This document shows positions 39,301-51,724 of a stretch of DNA of 64,000 nt, piece after piece; within the stretch, counting starts at the first letter, position 1; each line of letters begins with the position of its first letter. This DNA comes from Chrysemys picta bellii (taxonomy: Eukaryota), in contig NC_088793.1 in the NCBI RefSeq assembly GCF_011386835.1, positions 53,692,001 through 53,756,000 on the forward strand, given 5' to 3'. Both the position numbers and the translations under genes were made by a program. Under the pieces are notes generated by a model. The model worked only from the letters and a program-made list of their open reading frames with translations, had not been told where the DNA came from and made no database searches.

Positions 39301-39608
39301 CCCAATTTGCTGGGGTGGGTTTTTTGCTCATGAAGCCTGTTTGTGTTGTTTTTCCAATTTAATGCTGATGTCGTTTACCTCATGTTATTAAACATTTTCT
39401 GTTACGCTCAGACTCCGTGCTTGCGAGAGGGGAAGTATTGCCTCCTAGAGGCGCCCAGGGGGTGATATGTAATTGTCCCAGGTCACTGGGTGGGGGCTCG
39501 AGCCGGTTTTGCATTGCGTTATTGAAACGGAACCCCTAGATACAGAACCCGGCCCTTGTTGCTGCCAACTTAGACGGGCAGAAGGGTTACATTCAAATAT
39601 TTCTCCAT
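36358..39608 (-). pseudogene. hAT Charlie/Buster-type transposase pseudogene, split by a solo LTR
   Basis: ATG at 39608. BED-finger region YLQYGF..PQCLLCGETL (about 38000-37940), catalytic region SVCTDG.ASMTG..VKIVNFIKSRPL..LCKEMG.KHHNLLLH (ORF 37071..37388), C-terminus VEQDIRVALS..PR..QLCASRQAQMSH* with stop at 36358-36360. Many stops and frameshifts. Confidence 0.88.
38121..39591 (+). mobile_element. Solo LTR (1471 bp) with internal tandem duplications
   Basis: TGTAA...TTACA termini, 4-bp TSD TTGA/TTCA, duplicated blocks near 38806/38911 and two ~58-bp units at 39167-39290. Confidence 0.82.
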
Positions 39609-41044
39609 AAATCTGAAATTCAATGCTGTAACTTTTGAGATTTCTAAGTTTTGAAAAACACAGTGACCCCCATGTACCTCCCATAATGTTAAGTTCATAT
39701 GAGTGTAGTGTAATGTTATGTCTATCACAGGCCACTCTTAATTTGTCTTATGAATATTCATGAACCAATCCAGAATGAGGCTAGTAGGCTTAAAATCAAA
39801 ACAACCATGGTGGTTAACATTAGATCAAAATCTGTCTTTTATGCCAGAATTAACATTTTCAACATTCAACTGACAAAGCAAAATATAAGAATTCTGGACA
39901 AAAGCATGCTCTGTGGAGAAAGTGACATGCACTTGAGAATAATATTTTGGGATGTAAAGCAATTAATTGTTTCTTCTCATGCCCAAAAGTGTCTTCCCAA
40001 GTGTGTGTCACTTTCTCTACTTGTTTTAAATGCAATATGATTAATTATAATGGTGTTGCAGGTCTGGCTCATTCTGGCTTTTACCTCAAGTCAAATGTAA
40101 ATATAAAATGTAGCCTTGTATTCAATGTCTTTTTTGTTTGAGTCATCATCATCAAAGGCTCATTGCAGTACTCTGCATTCATCAGGGCACGTCATCTTTG
40201 TTTAGCTTTATCCCTCTTAACCTCAATTTATGGAATGTAATGTGATGCATGCATAATCTTTGAAAGGGGCCTCCTCCCGGAGAGCAAAGTACAGAATGTG
40301 ATCTGGTGCTGACTGTAATTAAAATAAAAGGGAAGTGTTTTTTTGTTCCCATGTGTAGTTTTAAAAAAAATTCCACAGCACACCTATTTGGGCCTGATGG
40401 CACACTGGTTGGGAAACACTGGTGTATTCCATTCAATGGCATCACAGGCAAGTTTTCTTTAAATTATTTTTTTTCCTGCAAAAATTGGTATTTGCGGTAA
40501 TATGTAGGAGCGCTATTATCGGTAGTTTTACCCAGACAGCCAAAGAAGCATAGAACCCCAAGTCTTCTTTCTCTAGACATACCACCAAATCCCAATTTTC
40601 AAGAAAGGTCTTTCTTTAAAGAAACTCACCTGATCTTGGCCCAGTTTCCTTGGGCATATGTCCATATAACCAAAGCCATCATCACAGTGGAGGACAAAAT
40701 GCCAAACACTGAATCAGCATGGAAGCAATGCTACCCTTTCATTCAGAAAAGTGGCTTCTTCAGTTCTGTCATGAGTAAAATTGTCAAGGCAGTGTATGGA
40801 AGCTTGAAACAGTGCTTCCATGCTGCATCTGTTTTGTCAATAAATACAGGACACTAAGTCCCAGGGCTCTCAAGCAAGCACCTTTCACTAGCAGTAAATT
40901 CACTCTCCCCCCTCTTTCTTTTTTATTATAAAATAGTCTAACAGAAGCAGCACATTGGTGGTTTTACTGGAAAGCTGAGAAATACAGTTTTTGTTGATGT
41001 TTTTAATTGCCAGGAGTAAATTGATCCACAAAGTGAAGGGACAA

Positions 41045-41077
<33 letters not shown>
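41045..41077. repeat. (GT)13 followed by GCGCGCG, alternating purine-pyrimidine tract
   Basis: Direct reading. Confidence 0.9.
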
Positions 41078-41167
41078 GGGAGGGGAGGGAGTAAAGATGG
41101 TACTGATACTTCCAAAGTGTACCAAAACAACATATGAACAAAAGAGAAAAAACAGAGGTCAAGCAAG

Positions 41168-41904
41168 ATGCGGTGGTCTACGCCCCACCCCCACCCCATC
41201 ACATAAACAGTGGGTAGAGAGCGGAAGCGCACCGCCTATGAGTCCTCTCCCAGGCTTTCCAAATGACCAAGTCAGAATCTAAAGTCCAAAACACAGGTGA
41301 TGGCCCCTAGGATTGGGGCAGCACAGCCTAATGGACGGAGATCAACAGAGCCGCCCTTGGGATGCAGGGTAGCATGGCCTAGTGGCCAAAGTTCAATGGG
41401 GGGAAGTGCCCAATCAGGGGTGTGACAGCCCCGGCAGGGGAACCCGGACCCACCCGACTCCACCGGGCCCCCACCCAGGGCCCTAACAGTGGCAGAGCAA
41501 TTTGTCACTGACTCATGCTGAAGTTTCCCGTGCAGGAGGTACCACTCCGTCACCCTCCCCGGGTCACTTCCTACCAGTATCTGCACTGAGGTCTCCCATG
41601 AGGATTCTTCCATGGTCTGTTGTGCCGGTCGCCTCCTGTGGCTCCTCTAATCGCAGGGGTTCAAGCGGGCCCAGGGAGGCTCTGGTTCCCGGTGCAGACA
41701 GGGGCTGTGGCTGGTCCTCCACAGGAGCTTCCCAGACAGGTCCTTCCCCTGCAGCCTCCAGCCCAGAATAAGTTGGGCTTACTCCTTTTATTCTACTAGA
41801 GCATTTGGAGCATGCCCAGTCCCTCCTGGAAGGAGGAATTCTGCTGTCAATCATTTGGGCTTAACCCTGTCTGGGCTAGTGCGAGGTAAGCAGACCCCGT
41901 CACA
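41168..41904 (-). mobile_element. LTR-like element (probable solo LTR)
   Basis: Minus strand starts TGTGACGGGGT, GC-rich body, CAAG on both flanks. Left terminus degraded. Confidence 0.55.
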
Positions 41905-43399
41905 CAAGGTAACATTGCTTTGGTACTATGTGTTTTTTGTTTACTTATGCTTATGTTTCTTTCCACCCCCTGGACCCACTTTCTTTTTATTTATATATGT
42001 TTCTTTATTTTTATGTAATGAACAAATGCAAGATCAGTTATGTGCCTATCCCTTTGCTGTTTCCTTCCTAAGTATTTTCAACATAGAGTGTGAAGGGACT
42101 GATTTATAAGGAAAAATTTAAAGACCTCAGCATGTACTTTTTGGCTAAATGACAAGTAAAGAAAGAGGAAGAAATGTACTCTTTAAGATTGATGAAAGGC
42201 GGGTAGCTATGATCAACAGATAGAATTAAGAGGAAATATAGGTTGATTTCTGTTAGAAATCTTTTAGTGTGTAAAATAATCTCCCAAGTAAAGTAGCAGA
42301 AGTCACATCGGTTGTCACTTTATAATTGCAATGGAAAAAACAGTATATTGTAAGTAACAATCCTGCACTATTTTGTTACTTCAGTAGGTACTTACTTTCA
42401 CTTACTTCAGTTCTAATTATGATACCCTATGAGAAAAAGGTTATGGATCTTATCCCTCCAAAACCTTTACTGTAGAAGAAAATTAAATTCAAGATAATTC
42501 TATAGCTGTCAATAAATTGTTCCGTAACTGCAAAGGCAAAAGATTTAATACTGTAATGTTGAATCATCAGCTTAGAATAGATCATGGAATATGAATGGAC
42601 CTTTAACAATATATAAGAAGAAACTGGGTCAATTCCTGACCTATTGTGTCATACCACAGGGAGAACCCTGCTCTTTTGAAAACTAGCACTAGATAGATGG
42701 TGAATACTGTGAGGCAAAAAGGGACAGGTAGAATAATTTACTTCTACTCCCTTAAAGCTATAGAAGTCTGCTACTCTAGAATCTAAAACTCCTGGGGCCA
42801 AATCACCCTGTAAAGGCAAACCAAAAAATTGCATCAAGGAGGAAAATGAGGTTCACCCCCCGCTAGTTCAGTCCAGCCTAATATGCAGAAATCCCCCCCC
42901 ACACACACACACACACAACTGCAGATCAAGAGGATATGTGCTCAGGTCATGCTGGCTTTAGAGTACCCTGTTTCTCCTCACAGTTCTTGGGCTTTTCTGG
43001 AAGAACTTCCCCTGGACATTTCTGCCCTAGGGAACCTCTTAAATTGGCTTAAAAGGAGCTGGGTACAAGCTTAATACTGGTTTAATGTTTCTGCTGTGTG
43101 TTGGTGGCAGCAATAAGGGCTGGGTTCATAATATCTAGGGGTCCCTTTTTAGAAAACATTGGGGTGGGCTTGGAGGTCCAGGCAGCCTAGTGATTAGAGT
43201 GTTTGGCTTGCTTGATTGAGGAGCCTCAGTCTTTAAGGATGTGTGTGTGTGTGTGTGTGGGGGGGGGGTAGCCCTCCCTCTCCACCAGCTCCCAGCCTCT
43301 CCTCCGGCTCCCAGCCCAGGGTCCTCTGTGCATCAACCCCCTCAAAAAAGGGAGCAGCCCTCCCAGCAGAGAATCTAAATCCGCTGCCCTGGGATACCT

Positions 43400-43850
43400 C
43401 CTACCAGTGTCTGTTCACTTTGGGGTGTGGCACCTCTAGTCCAATTCACTGGGTGGCATGCCTCATGTAGCACCCTCTCATGGATCTTGGGAGACATCCT
43501 GCCACAGTCTCAGGCTCCTTTTGGTGGGGCAGCTGCAAGTTGGTGAGGCTGAACCCCACAATGTCTCCGAGCTTCCCTCACTTGGTTACCTCACGTGCCA
43601 GAGGCTCCTATGTCTTGTCTGCAGTCTCCCTGGGCTGGGGAGCTGGCCTTGGTGGCAAGATAGACTGAATTGATGGACCGTCTCTTCTGAGATGTCCAAG
43701 GTGTTAAGAATGGTTGCCTTGACACGCTTATATTCTTGGGCCGCATCCTGACTGAAGGCCCTAAGCATCAGGCTAAAGATTATAGAAGAGGTCCTCACCC
43801 TTCTCTGTTTTGTGTGAAATGAAGTAGTCTCTGACCACATCTACTAAATC
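43400..43850 (-). mobile_element. Decayed Gypsy gag-like fragment (SCAN-bearing type)
   Basis: ORF 43586..43840 contains AFSQDAAQEYKRVKATILNTLDISEET, resembling the gag segment preceding SCAN domains in Gmr1-like elements. Confidence 0.5.
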
Positions 43851-46800
43851 CGTCCTTATACCTAACTATCTGCACCCAGTTCATGAATCACACATGCAGG
43901 GGATATGTCCCTTGTACACAGCTCAAGCAGAAGTCACCTCTCCTTTAAGCAGATTTTATTAAAGGCCACAAGGAAATTAAATAATCTTAATATTTCATAA
44001 CCAAAACAAAGCAAAACTAAGTGTGTACATTACCTATGTTGAGGGTTAAACATAATTAGCAAGAAGCAGCAGAATGTGCTGGGAGCTTACCTAGCAATTT
44101 TGAAACTTTCAACTGCTAGAAGGAGTCACAAAATTTAGACAGCACATGAAGAATGAGTTTCTGATCCTACTGGTATTAATAAGCAGGTGACAGAGTTTTA
44201 TTATAAGTTATGTACTGCAGAAATATACAGTGCTGAGCAGGCTGGCTGAACTTTTATGGAATCTTTCCATGGCTATCCTCCTTATCTCAAGAGGACAGCT
44301 CCTTATTAAATAGGGATGTCAGAAAAGAAAAGGGTTGGGGATTCATTGAATCCTGGAAAAGTGGTTCCAACTTGAGCCCAGGCATGCTGCTAAATTATTT
44401 TTATTCAAAAATAATTCAGACTCAGCTAGCCTTCTGATGATAGAACTTTTCACGAAACTTGGAAAAGAACTTATTTCAGAACAGTCACTAGTTTTGTTTG
44501 AGGTTGTCAGTTGCATATTGTATGAAATGTCTGCTTCAAATTGCAGAAAGGTGTGGGATATGAGGGAGAGATGAGGGGAAAGGACTCTTAATGCATCTAC
44601 AGGGATCAATCGGCAGGCAGCATTTATCTCTGTTTACTTTTGGTGCTCAATTTATTTGAAGCAACAACATTAAACAAACTAATCCTCCCCCACTCCACCC
44701 TGGAAGATTTGTGTGGTTGACACTGAGCAAAATCCGTTCAGTTAGAGAGTACAGAAATACAAGAGAGCATTGAGCAGATGGCATTACTATACTGCTACAA
44801 AATTGCACATATGTGGGTCGAGATCCTCAGCTGGTAGTACATCAGCATAACGCTGCTGAGATTCAAAGAATTTTGTTGATTTACATCAGCTGAAGATTTC
44901 CTCTATGTTGTCGATCCTTGCCTCCTACTCAGGGTTTGGCTTAATTTATACATGAACACAATGATAAACAACAAAAATCTCATCCCCAGCCTTCTCTCAG
45001 GTTTGGTTGTTCCTAGGGCTCGTAAATCTCAGACCCTAGATTCCTCTCCCCTAAAGGTGACACTCTTACCTTTCACCTAACATGGATACCTTTGAAATCA
45101 AATGAGTCTCACCGGCATAAAAGAGGAAGAAGTCAGAGGAGAATCAGCCGCTGCTTTCTTCTCTAGTTTCTCATGTGTTATAAGAGTTTTTGTTTTCTCC
45201 TAACAGTGAGGAATCAAAGCTGTAATAGACAGTGCTGCAGCACAACCTTCCTTTTTTATCTCTGATTCCTTTATGACAATCATAATTTTCCTCCTGTCCT
45301 ATGTTGATGCCAGTTCAACTTGTGGTGACTAAAGGTAATTGAGTCCTCAGGAGATCTTATGTGGAATAGTGCTCTACTGATGTTTGAGCTACTGAAATTA
45401 AAATACGGAATTTGAAATTGGAATCTTATTAGGTTTCTGCAACTCTAACACATTTTAGAGAGACATTTGGTGCTGGCTTCAGTGTATATGCGAGCACTGC
45501 TTTGGGGATGGTTGTGGTATGTGATTCATTGTCTCATTAAAAAAATAGTGCTTTGCATAAGGGTTTTGTAGAGGCTCTCTGTGACTTTTTTTTAGCGTCT
45601 TAAAAGTGTTTTGGGAGCATGACTCAGCAGTTTCCATACTGGAAGAGAATTGGGCAAATAGTACAGAGGATAATAATAAATCAGTATTCATACTAAATTT
45701 TGCACAGCTGTCTAATGACTTCAGTTAAGTTATACTCAGCAGTTAATGAGTGATGCTTCAAGTGTCAAGCTGAATGGGGGAGTTTTGTTTATAACCTTTG
45801 AGTGTTGTGAATGGTTTAATATTTCAATTGTGGAGTTTATGGAGATGGCATACTTTGAAGGACTCGTCTGAGATGACTGGGATGGCTGGCATTAAGCCAT
45901 GGCACTGCAGTATACATATTTAAGATCATCTAGTGGTAGCAAAAGCTCTCACAGGAGGAAATTGGACATACTTGTGGGCTAAGTTGATCACTGGCCATTT
46001 ATTTTAACTTGGATAACTGTGCAGACTAGTCTTGGATAACTATTGACTAGTCTGTGTTCAAAAATGATTGTGATTTTTTTAAATAATAAGTTGTGTCGAA
46101 ACAAATTTTGTACATAAAATGAATGATCTCAACTCCAAATATGCCCAGCAATCTTCTCTTACCTCATTTAATGTTTTAATGGCTCACTTCTGCAGCATCA
46201 TGTACAAAAAATGTGGATTTACATATCAGATTACATTTCAAATATACATATTTTCAAACCAGCTAGATGTAAATTTGTCTAAACCGAGTAGCTGCAGAAT
46301 CATATTTCCATAACCTTTGCCCTTTCCTCACCTTTCCATGTCATGGTGCAAGTGTTCTTCCTCACTTGTCTGTCAAATCCATTATTTAGCCTCTAATCCT
46401 GCAATATGATCTGCATATACAGACCCATGGATGTCAATGGGGCTAGGCCCGGGTGCAGATGTTCATCTCTCTGAATCAAATGGAATGATCTGGGCCTTAG
46501 ATTGTAAAATCCTTGGCATATGCATTGTTTTCTATGCATTTCATGCTATGAAATTAATTAAATAAATAAGTATTACTACTGCTGCTATTAATGGTCCTTG
46601 TACTCTCCCAAATACAGCTTTCCGATTCACCTTCTCTTCTGTAGACTCTTATCCTTCCATCCTCCTGCTCTGTAACTTATCTTATGTTATGTTTTTCACT
46701 GTCTTGTCTAACTAGTGTTTTTCCTGTGCAGTGGTTTGCACATCAGTGGCACTATATAAACAATATTTCTTGGCTCTCATGTGTCCACCTTTCACTGTAT

Positions 46801-48507
46801 TATTTATTTATTTGTGCTATTTTATTTGTGATACGTTTTGTGGTTTGTGGTTATTTTGTGTATTTGCTCATGTTGCTGATGTTAAGATGAAATGATCAGT
46901 ATCATCTACTTATAAAATTAAATGAAATTTTAAAAATGTTTTATTGATTTAAAATTACTATGTTAGGCCTCCACACTGTAGAGAACCATACACATTTAAT
47001 TTTGAAGTCAATGCATAAATTTAAGCACATGCATAAGTCTTTGAGAGATTGGGCCTTATTTAAAGTAAGAGTAGTTAATCATAAGAAAAATTCTACTTTC
47101 ATTAAGTTCTGTACTTCTTTGAGCAGTAGTTAACTAAGAACAGCAAGAGTTAAATGTACCCGCTGTGCCTTGATGTTCCATTAACTTCAAAAGACCTTTA
47201 TTTTAAAAGAGCAACACAAGGTGATTTAGGTATATCAGCAACTATGTGGGTTAATACAGCCATTAGGTGTTGAAGGGACATATCTACAGTCTTATGGGAA
47301 GTTTTAAAGTTCAGGTGAGCCTTTATGGAAGATTATTGATATGATGTGGTTGGAAGTGGACTAATTAACTAGTGCATGACTAGCTGCTAATGAATCTGGC
47401 TGTCTTGGAATTACTGCTGTTAGGCCAATCAGTTGGAGGGACAGATGCAGGGGAGATGGCAGTAGAATTAATGACAGTGACTAAGTGGCTTCACAGAGAT
47501 GGAACTATATTTCTGGCACAGTCAATGGGGACAGAGCAGCAGGAGGGACTCTAGAATTGTTTTAAAAAGAGAGAGAGAATCATCTATTTTATGTGTCCTA
47601 GATCAGTATAAAAGTTGCATCTGAGAGTAGCAGATTTTGCACTGCCAATTTTTTGTAGCTCCTAGCTTAGCTGGTAGAGACATTATAAATATGCATAACA
47701 ATTTTATCACTCTAACCAACTGCTTTAATGTATAATATGCCAAACATATTAAACATTTGTTTCCTTAAGGCTTTTCTAATCAGAAAACAATTTTTGATTG
47801 ATATAGTGCAGAGGGCTATTAAAGAACTCTAGTGTTTTTTTTTTTTTTTTTTTAATTTTAAGGGCTAAATTTTTTAAACAAGATAACATTTTCTCTCAAT
47901 TATACCTTCTTTTCATTCTGGATGTAGCATCCAGATTTTTTTTTTCTTTCTCCTGCAATTGATAGAAAGGGGGTCAATAAGAGCATGTACCATGCTTTCT
48001 TAGGGGAATGAGATCTAAGCAGTGTAACTGATGTAACGCAGTTCTGAAGATTATTGCTAATTCTGCCTTATCTTAGGGGTAGGAATTTGGCCAGACTTCT
48101 GGGGATAACTACTATAAAAGGGCTTTAAGATTATGAACAGAATTCTACACTTCCTGAGGGAGCAGCACGTGGGGTGGAAAGGTGGAGCAGAGCCAGTAAT
48201 GAGTCTGAAACAAGAGACATCTTTTAAGGCAGGATGGCTCAGGATAAGCTAAAACGCTAGGCTGGCTGGTGCTGTTTGCTGCTCCTCTGAAGATGAACAG
48301 GCTGTGGCCCCCCATTGATGGGGTTGCTTCTGCCCCCTAAAGGAGAGACTTCACCTGTTTAGGAATGTAGTACCTAGTCTGTTTCATGGCCCCTTCTCCT
48401 AGCATTCTCTTGAATGTTAAGAATTTACCAGTGGTCAGAATATAATAAGAAAATACAGGAGAAAGGGAGATTTTTTTCCCCCTTAAAGAAATAAATTTAT
48501 GTAATGA

Positions 48508-48858
48508 GTGCCGACTCCTCGGCCAGGAACTGTGGCCAATGGGAGCTGTGAGGGCGGTGCCTGCGGGCAGTGGCACACAGAGACGCCCGGGGCCCCCCAC
48601 CTAGGAGCTGCTGCACAGGGGTGTGCTAGTCACTTTCAGGAGCCGGCCAAGGTAAGCACTTGCCCCCCTCCTGCACCCAAACTCCCTGCCCCAGCCTCGT
48701 GAAAGTTAGTAAGGGTGGAGGAGAGTGAGCAACAGAGGGAGGGAGAATGGAGTGAGTAGGTGGTAGGGCCTTGGAAAAGGGGTAGGACAGGGTGTGATTT
48801 CAGGGATGGGGCGGGGCAAGGGTCTTTGGGTTTGCACAGTTACACAGTTTGCAACCCT
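48508..48858. mobile_element. GC-rich hAT-type non-autonomous fragment
   Basis: ggccaatgggagctg motif shared with the MITEs at 13553 and 34142; terminus gtttgcaacccta (TAGGGTTGC-type TIR). Confidence 0.6.
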
Positions 48859-50529
48859 ACCGGATGGGCATGTGGAAGCCCTGGCTGTGCTGGAAGGGTG
48901 CGCCCAGCAGTGCAGCTGGCAGCTCGCTGGGCACCAGCCAGTGCAGGCGCAGCACCGCCCAAATGTCAGGTGGACCGTGGCCAGGCGGGCACGGCTTGTA
49001 TGTGTGTGGGGGTCCTTTGACTGTTCTGCCCTGCGGCCCGGAATTGCTGTCGGTGAGCCTGATCTTTTGTGACACTGTTCCACATGTTAGTGTGTGCGGC
49101 TTCATTGCTTGTCAGATAATGCAGCCTCTTGGGCAGCACAACATTATTGCTGGAGGAGCAACATTACAGTAACATGACCTTTGGCACTTGTTCTTTCTTT
49201 ATTCTGATTAAACTTTCCCCTCATCAACCTTTATCTTTTAAATGTACTTTCTTTTGTTATTAAAAATAATCGTAGGTTCACTGAGAAATTGGAAGTTTCT
49301 ACTTATACTGAGTGATTAGGAGGAACATCAAAAAGATATAGCTAGAAAACAGCCACATAGCCATACCACAGGGAAACATTTTAGCTGCATACTTTTTTCC
49401 ATTAGCTTTATTTTTGTCTTCGAAAGTGTCTGTTATAGGGGATCATGTCATTTGTAAGACTATATGCTGATATGCATTATTTAAGGTGAAAAAATAAAGG
49501 AAAGGGCTTAGCCAGTGGGGAACAATCCTCTGGAAATTCAATGAAAGATGTTCATGCTGCTACATAATCTGACAGTTCCTAGTTTGTTGCTGTTGGTTTT
49601 GGTACACGACTTTCTTCATAACCAATACTTCCCAGAGCTCAGTGAACCACCCTCATATCCACAGACATTTTACATACTATTTATAGATGTTAAAAGTATT
49701 GCCTGTTTTCTCTTACCTCTCCTACTGGTCAAGAGCAAAGTTTATCTCCAGCTGCAAGGTATGAACACCATCCAGGAAGCAGCAGTGATTCCTGCTGTTC
49801 TTCATAAAGGCACAAGTGCTTCCACAGATGATGATTCAAATGCAATGAATTCCCAGATCTCCTTTCAGATATATAGTCTCTCAATGAGGAATTATATCCT
49901 TGCTTGAATAACCAAGGACAGATGTAATTTCAAATCCAGTGGCACAGTTTAAAGAGCACAGAGTGTTCTCTCCTGTAATGTTTTCAGCAGGTTTTTGGTA
50001 GTTCAAGGCTGCCCTGTTATTCAAGCAATAGGAGTTTTTTCTCTTCTTAGCAAAAAAAATCCTGGTATTCAAGTGTAATGTATACAAATGGAAATGGACT
50101 GAACAACAGATATTGTTTTTCATTTCTTTCTTTATCATCACATTTTATGCCCCTATAATTCAATTCCCTGATAAAAAGTGTTACTAATTTATTGGTATTA
50201 CTTATTTATTATTACTTATTAATAATAATAATAATAATTATTATTATTATTCCATCAATGAAGCACTGGTTTGCTGAGGGAGAGAAGAAGGAGAACTGAT
50301 AAAACAGTGCTGGGCACAAGATAACTTGATGCAGGATGATAGATAGCTACTCATGTGCAACATAGTGGTGTTAGAGGGAACATACTAGGAATGAGCTTTT
50401 GTTACACCTGGGAAAGAGGTAGTGAGCTCTCTCCCTGCCTCCATTCATTCCACCAGAACACAGAGAGTAGCTGTGCTAGTTGCCTCTCCCATATTCTGCT
50501 CACCTTGACCAGGTGACTAAATTATGGCT

Positions 50530-51197
50530 GCCCATGTCTGGGTACAACTTCTAGTCCATCTAACACACCTGTGCAAGGTCAGCCATCATTTGGCCATGAG
50601 TTTGTTGTCATGCTGTCTGGAGAGGTTCATGACTGTGAGTGCCAACTTTAGGGCAGACTGTCAAGAAGCAGGGCAGGCACCCCAAACTGGTTGTATGTTC
50701 TATAATTAGATTTCACCAACCCAGTACCAAATGTGAACTACCTTACCATGTAGTCACAGACGGTCCCCTTGGGCAGTCCAATCTATCTTGCCACCCAGGC
50801 CAGCTCACCTAGTGATAGTTGGTTGCTATACACCAAATATCACAATAGATTCAGATTGCTTCCAGTCCCATAAGACCAGTCACTTATCCCAGGTCAATCA
50901 CTATCTCAGATCTCACACCAAAGACAACCCTCGTAGTCAATCCTCTAGTAAACTGACTAAGGATTCATTAACTAGGAAAGAGAAATGAGAGAGTTATTTA
51001 TAGGTTAAAGCAGGAAAACATATATATATACAAATGAGTTAGAGTCTATGGTTCCAAAAGATGACAGAGTTGTAGTAATCGGTCAGTATTGAATGCCTTT
51101 TAGGGCTAACCCAGTTTGACACTGGCAATTTCTGCTTCTGTTTTGTAGCTCCCACCTTGTGAGAGTCCAAACAGCAAAGGTGAACTATTTTCATCTC

Positions 51198-51278
<81 letters not shown>

Positions 51279-51724
51279 TCAGAATTCAAGCTGATGGGAC
51301 AAGCTCTTTTGCACAAACCCTGTGCAGGTGCCGTCAGTAAAGTCTTTGTATTATGATGTCCATTTAGTTTTGTTAGACCTTTTCGATGGGCAAGAGATAA
51401 TATCTTTCATAGTGATTTAGCATTTTGCTGTAGGTAAAGTTTTTTCTTGTTTGGTAAGTTACATAGTTCAGAATAAACATTTTACAGCCATGTAGCAAAA
51501 ATTTAAGTATTATCTTATAGTATGGGATACAGACTTTAGTAGGATTAATACATGTAGCTGTTTATAAGCATTTCATAAAATCTAAACGCTAGACACATTG
51601 TCCAATACCCATCTTAACCTTACTAATGCACAGGTAAGCTGGACTGGTTTCCAGCGGTGAAATTGTCAGTGCTCGGCTGAGGCAAAGCCTTGGCAAGAGC
51701 TGGTACCTGGTCTGCCAGCATCAT
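50530..51724. mobile_element. Long LTR-like remnant containing a (TTTC)n tract
   Basis: Resembles long turtle LTR families and ends ggtctgccagcatca. Boundaries approximate, TSD not found. Confidence 0.5.
51201..51280. repeat. (TTTC)20 microsatellite
   Basis: 80 nt of perfect tetranucleotide repeat. Confidence 0.97.

Larger units (their letters stand above)
35770..40421 (-). mobile_element. Full-length fossil hAT (Charlie/Buster-type) DNA transposon, about 3.2 kb plus a 1.47-kb LTR insertion
   Basis: TIRs cagtggggttcccaacc (35770) and ggttgggaaacactg (to 40421), 8-bp TSD GTCTATTC/GTGTATTC (35762-35769 / 40422-40429), internal transposase remnant. Confidence 0.85.

Noticed and set aside
49881-50141. 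YCLNN...LCSLNCATGF as a degenerate EGF exon
   Set aside because: Cysteine spacing is wrong (no C3, C4-x3-C5), there are no convincing splice sites, and the flanking real exons already join seamlessly.
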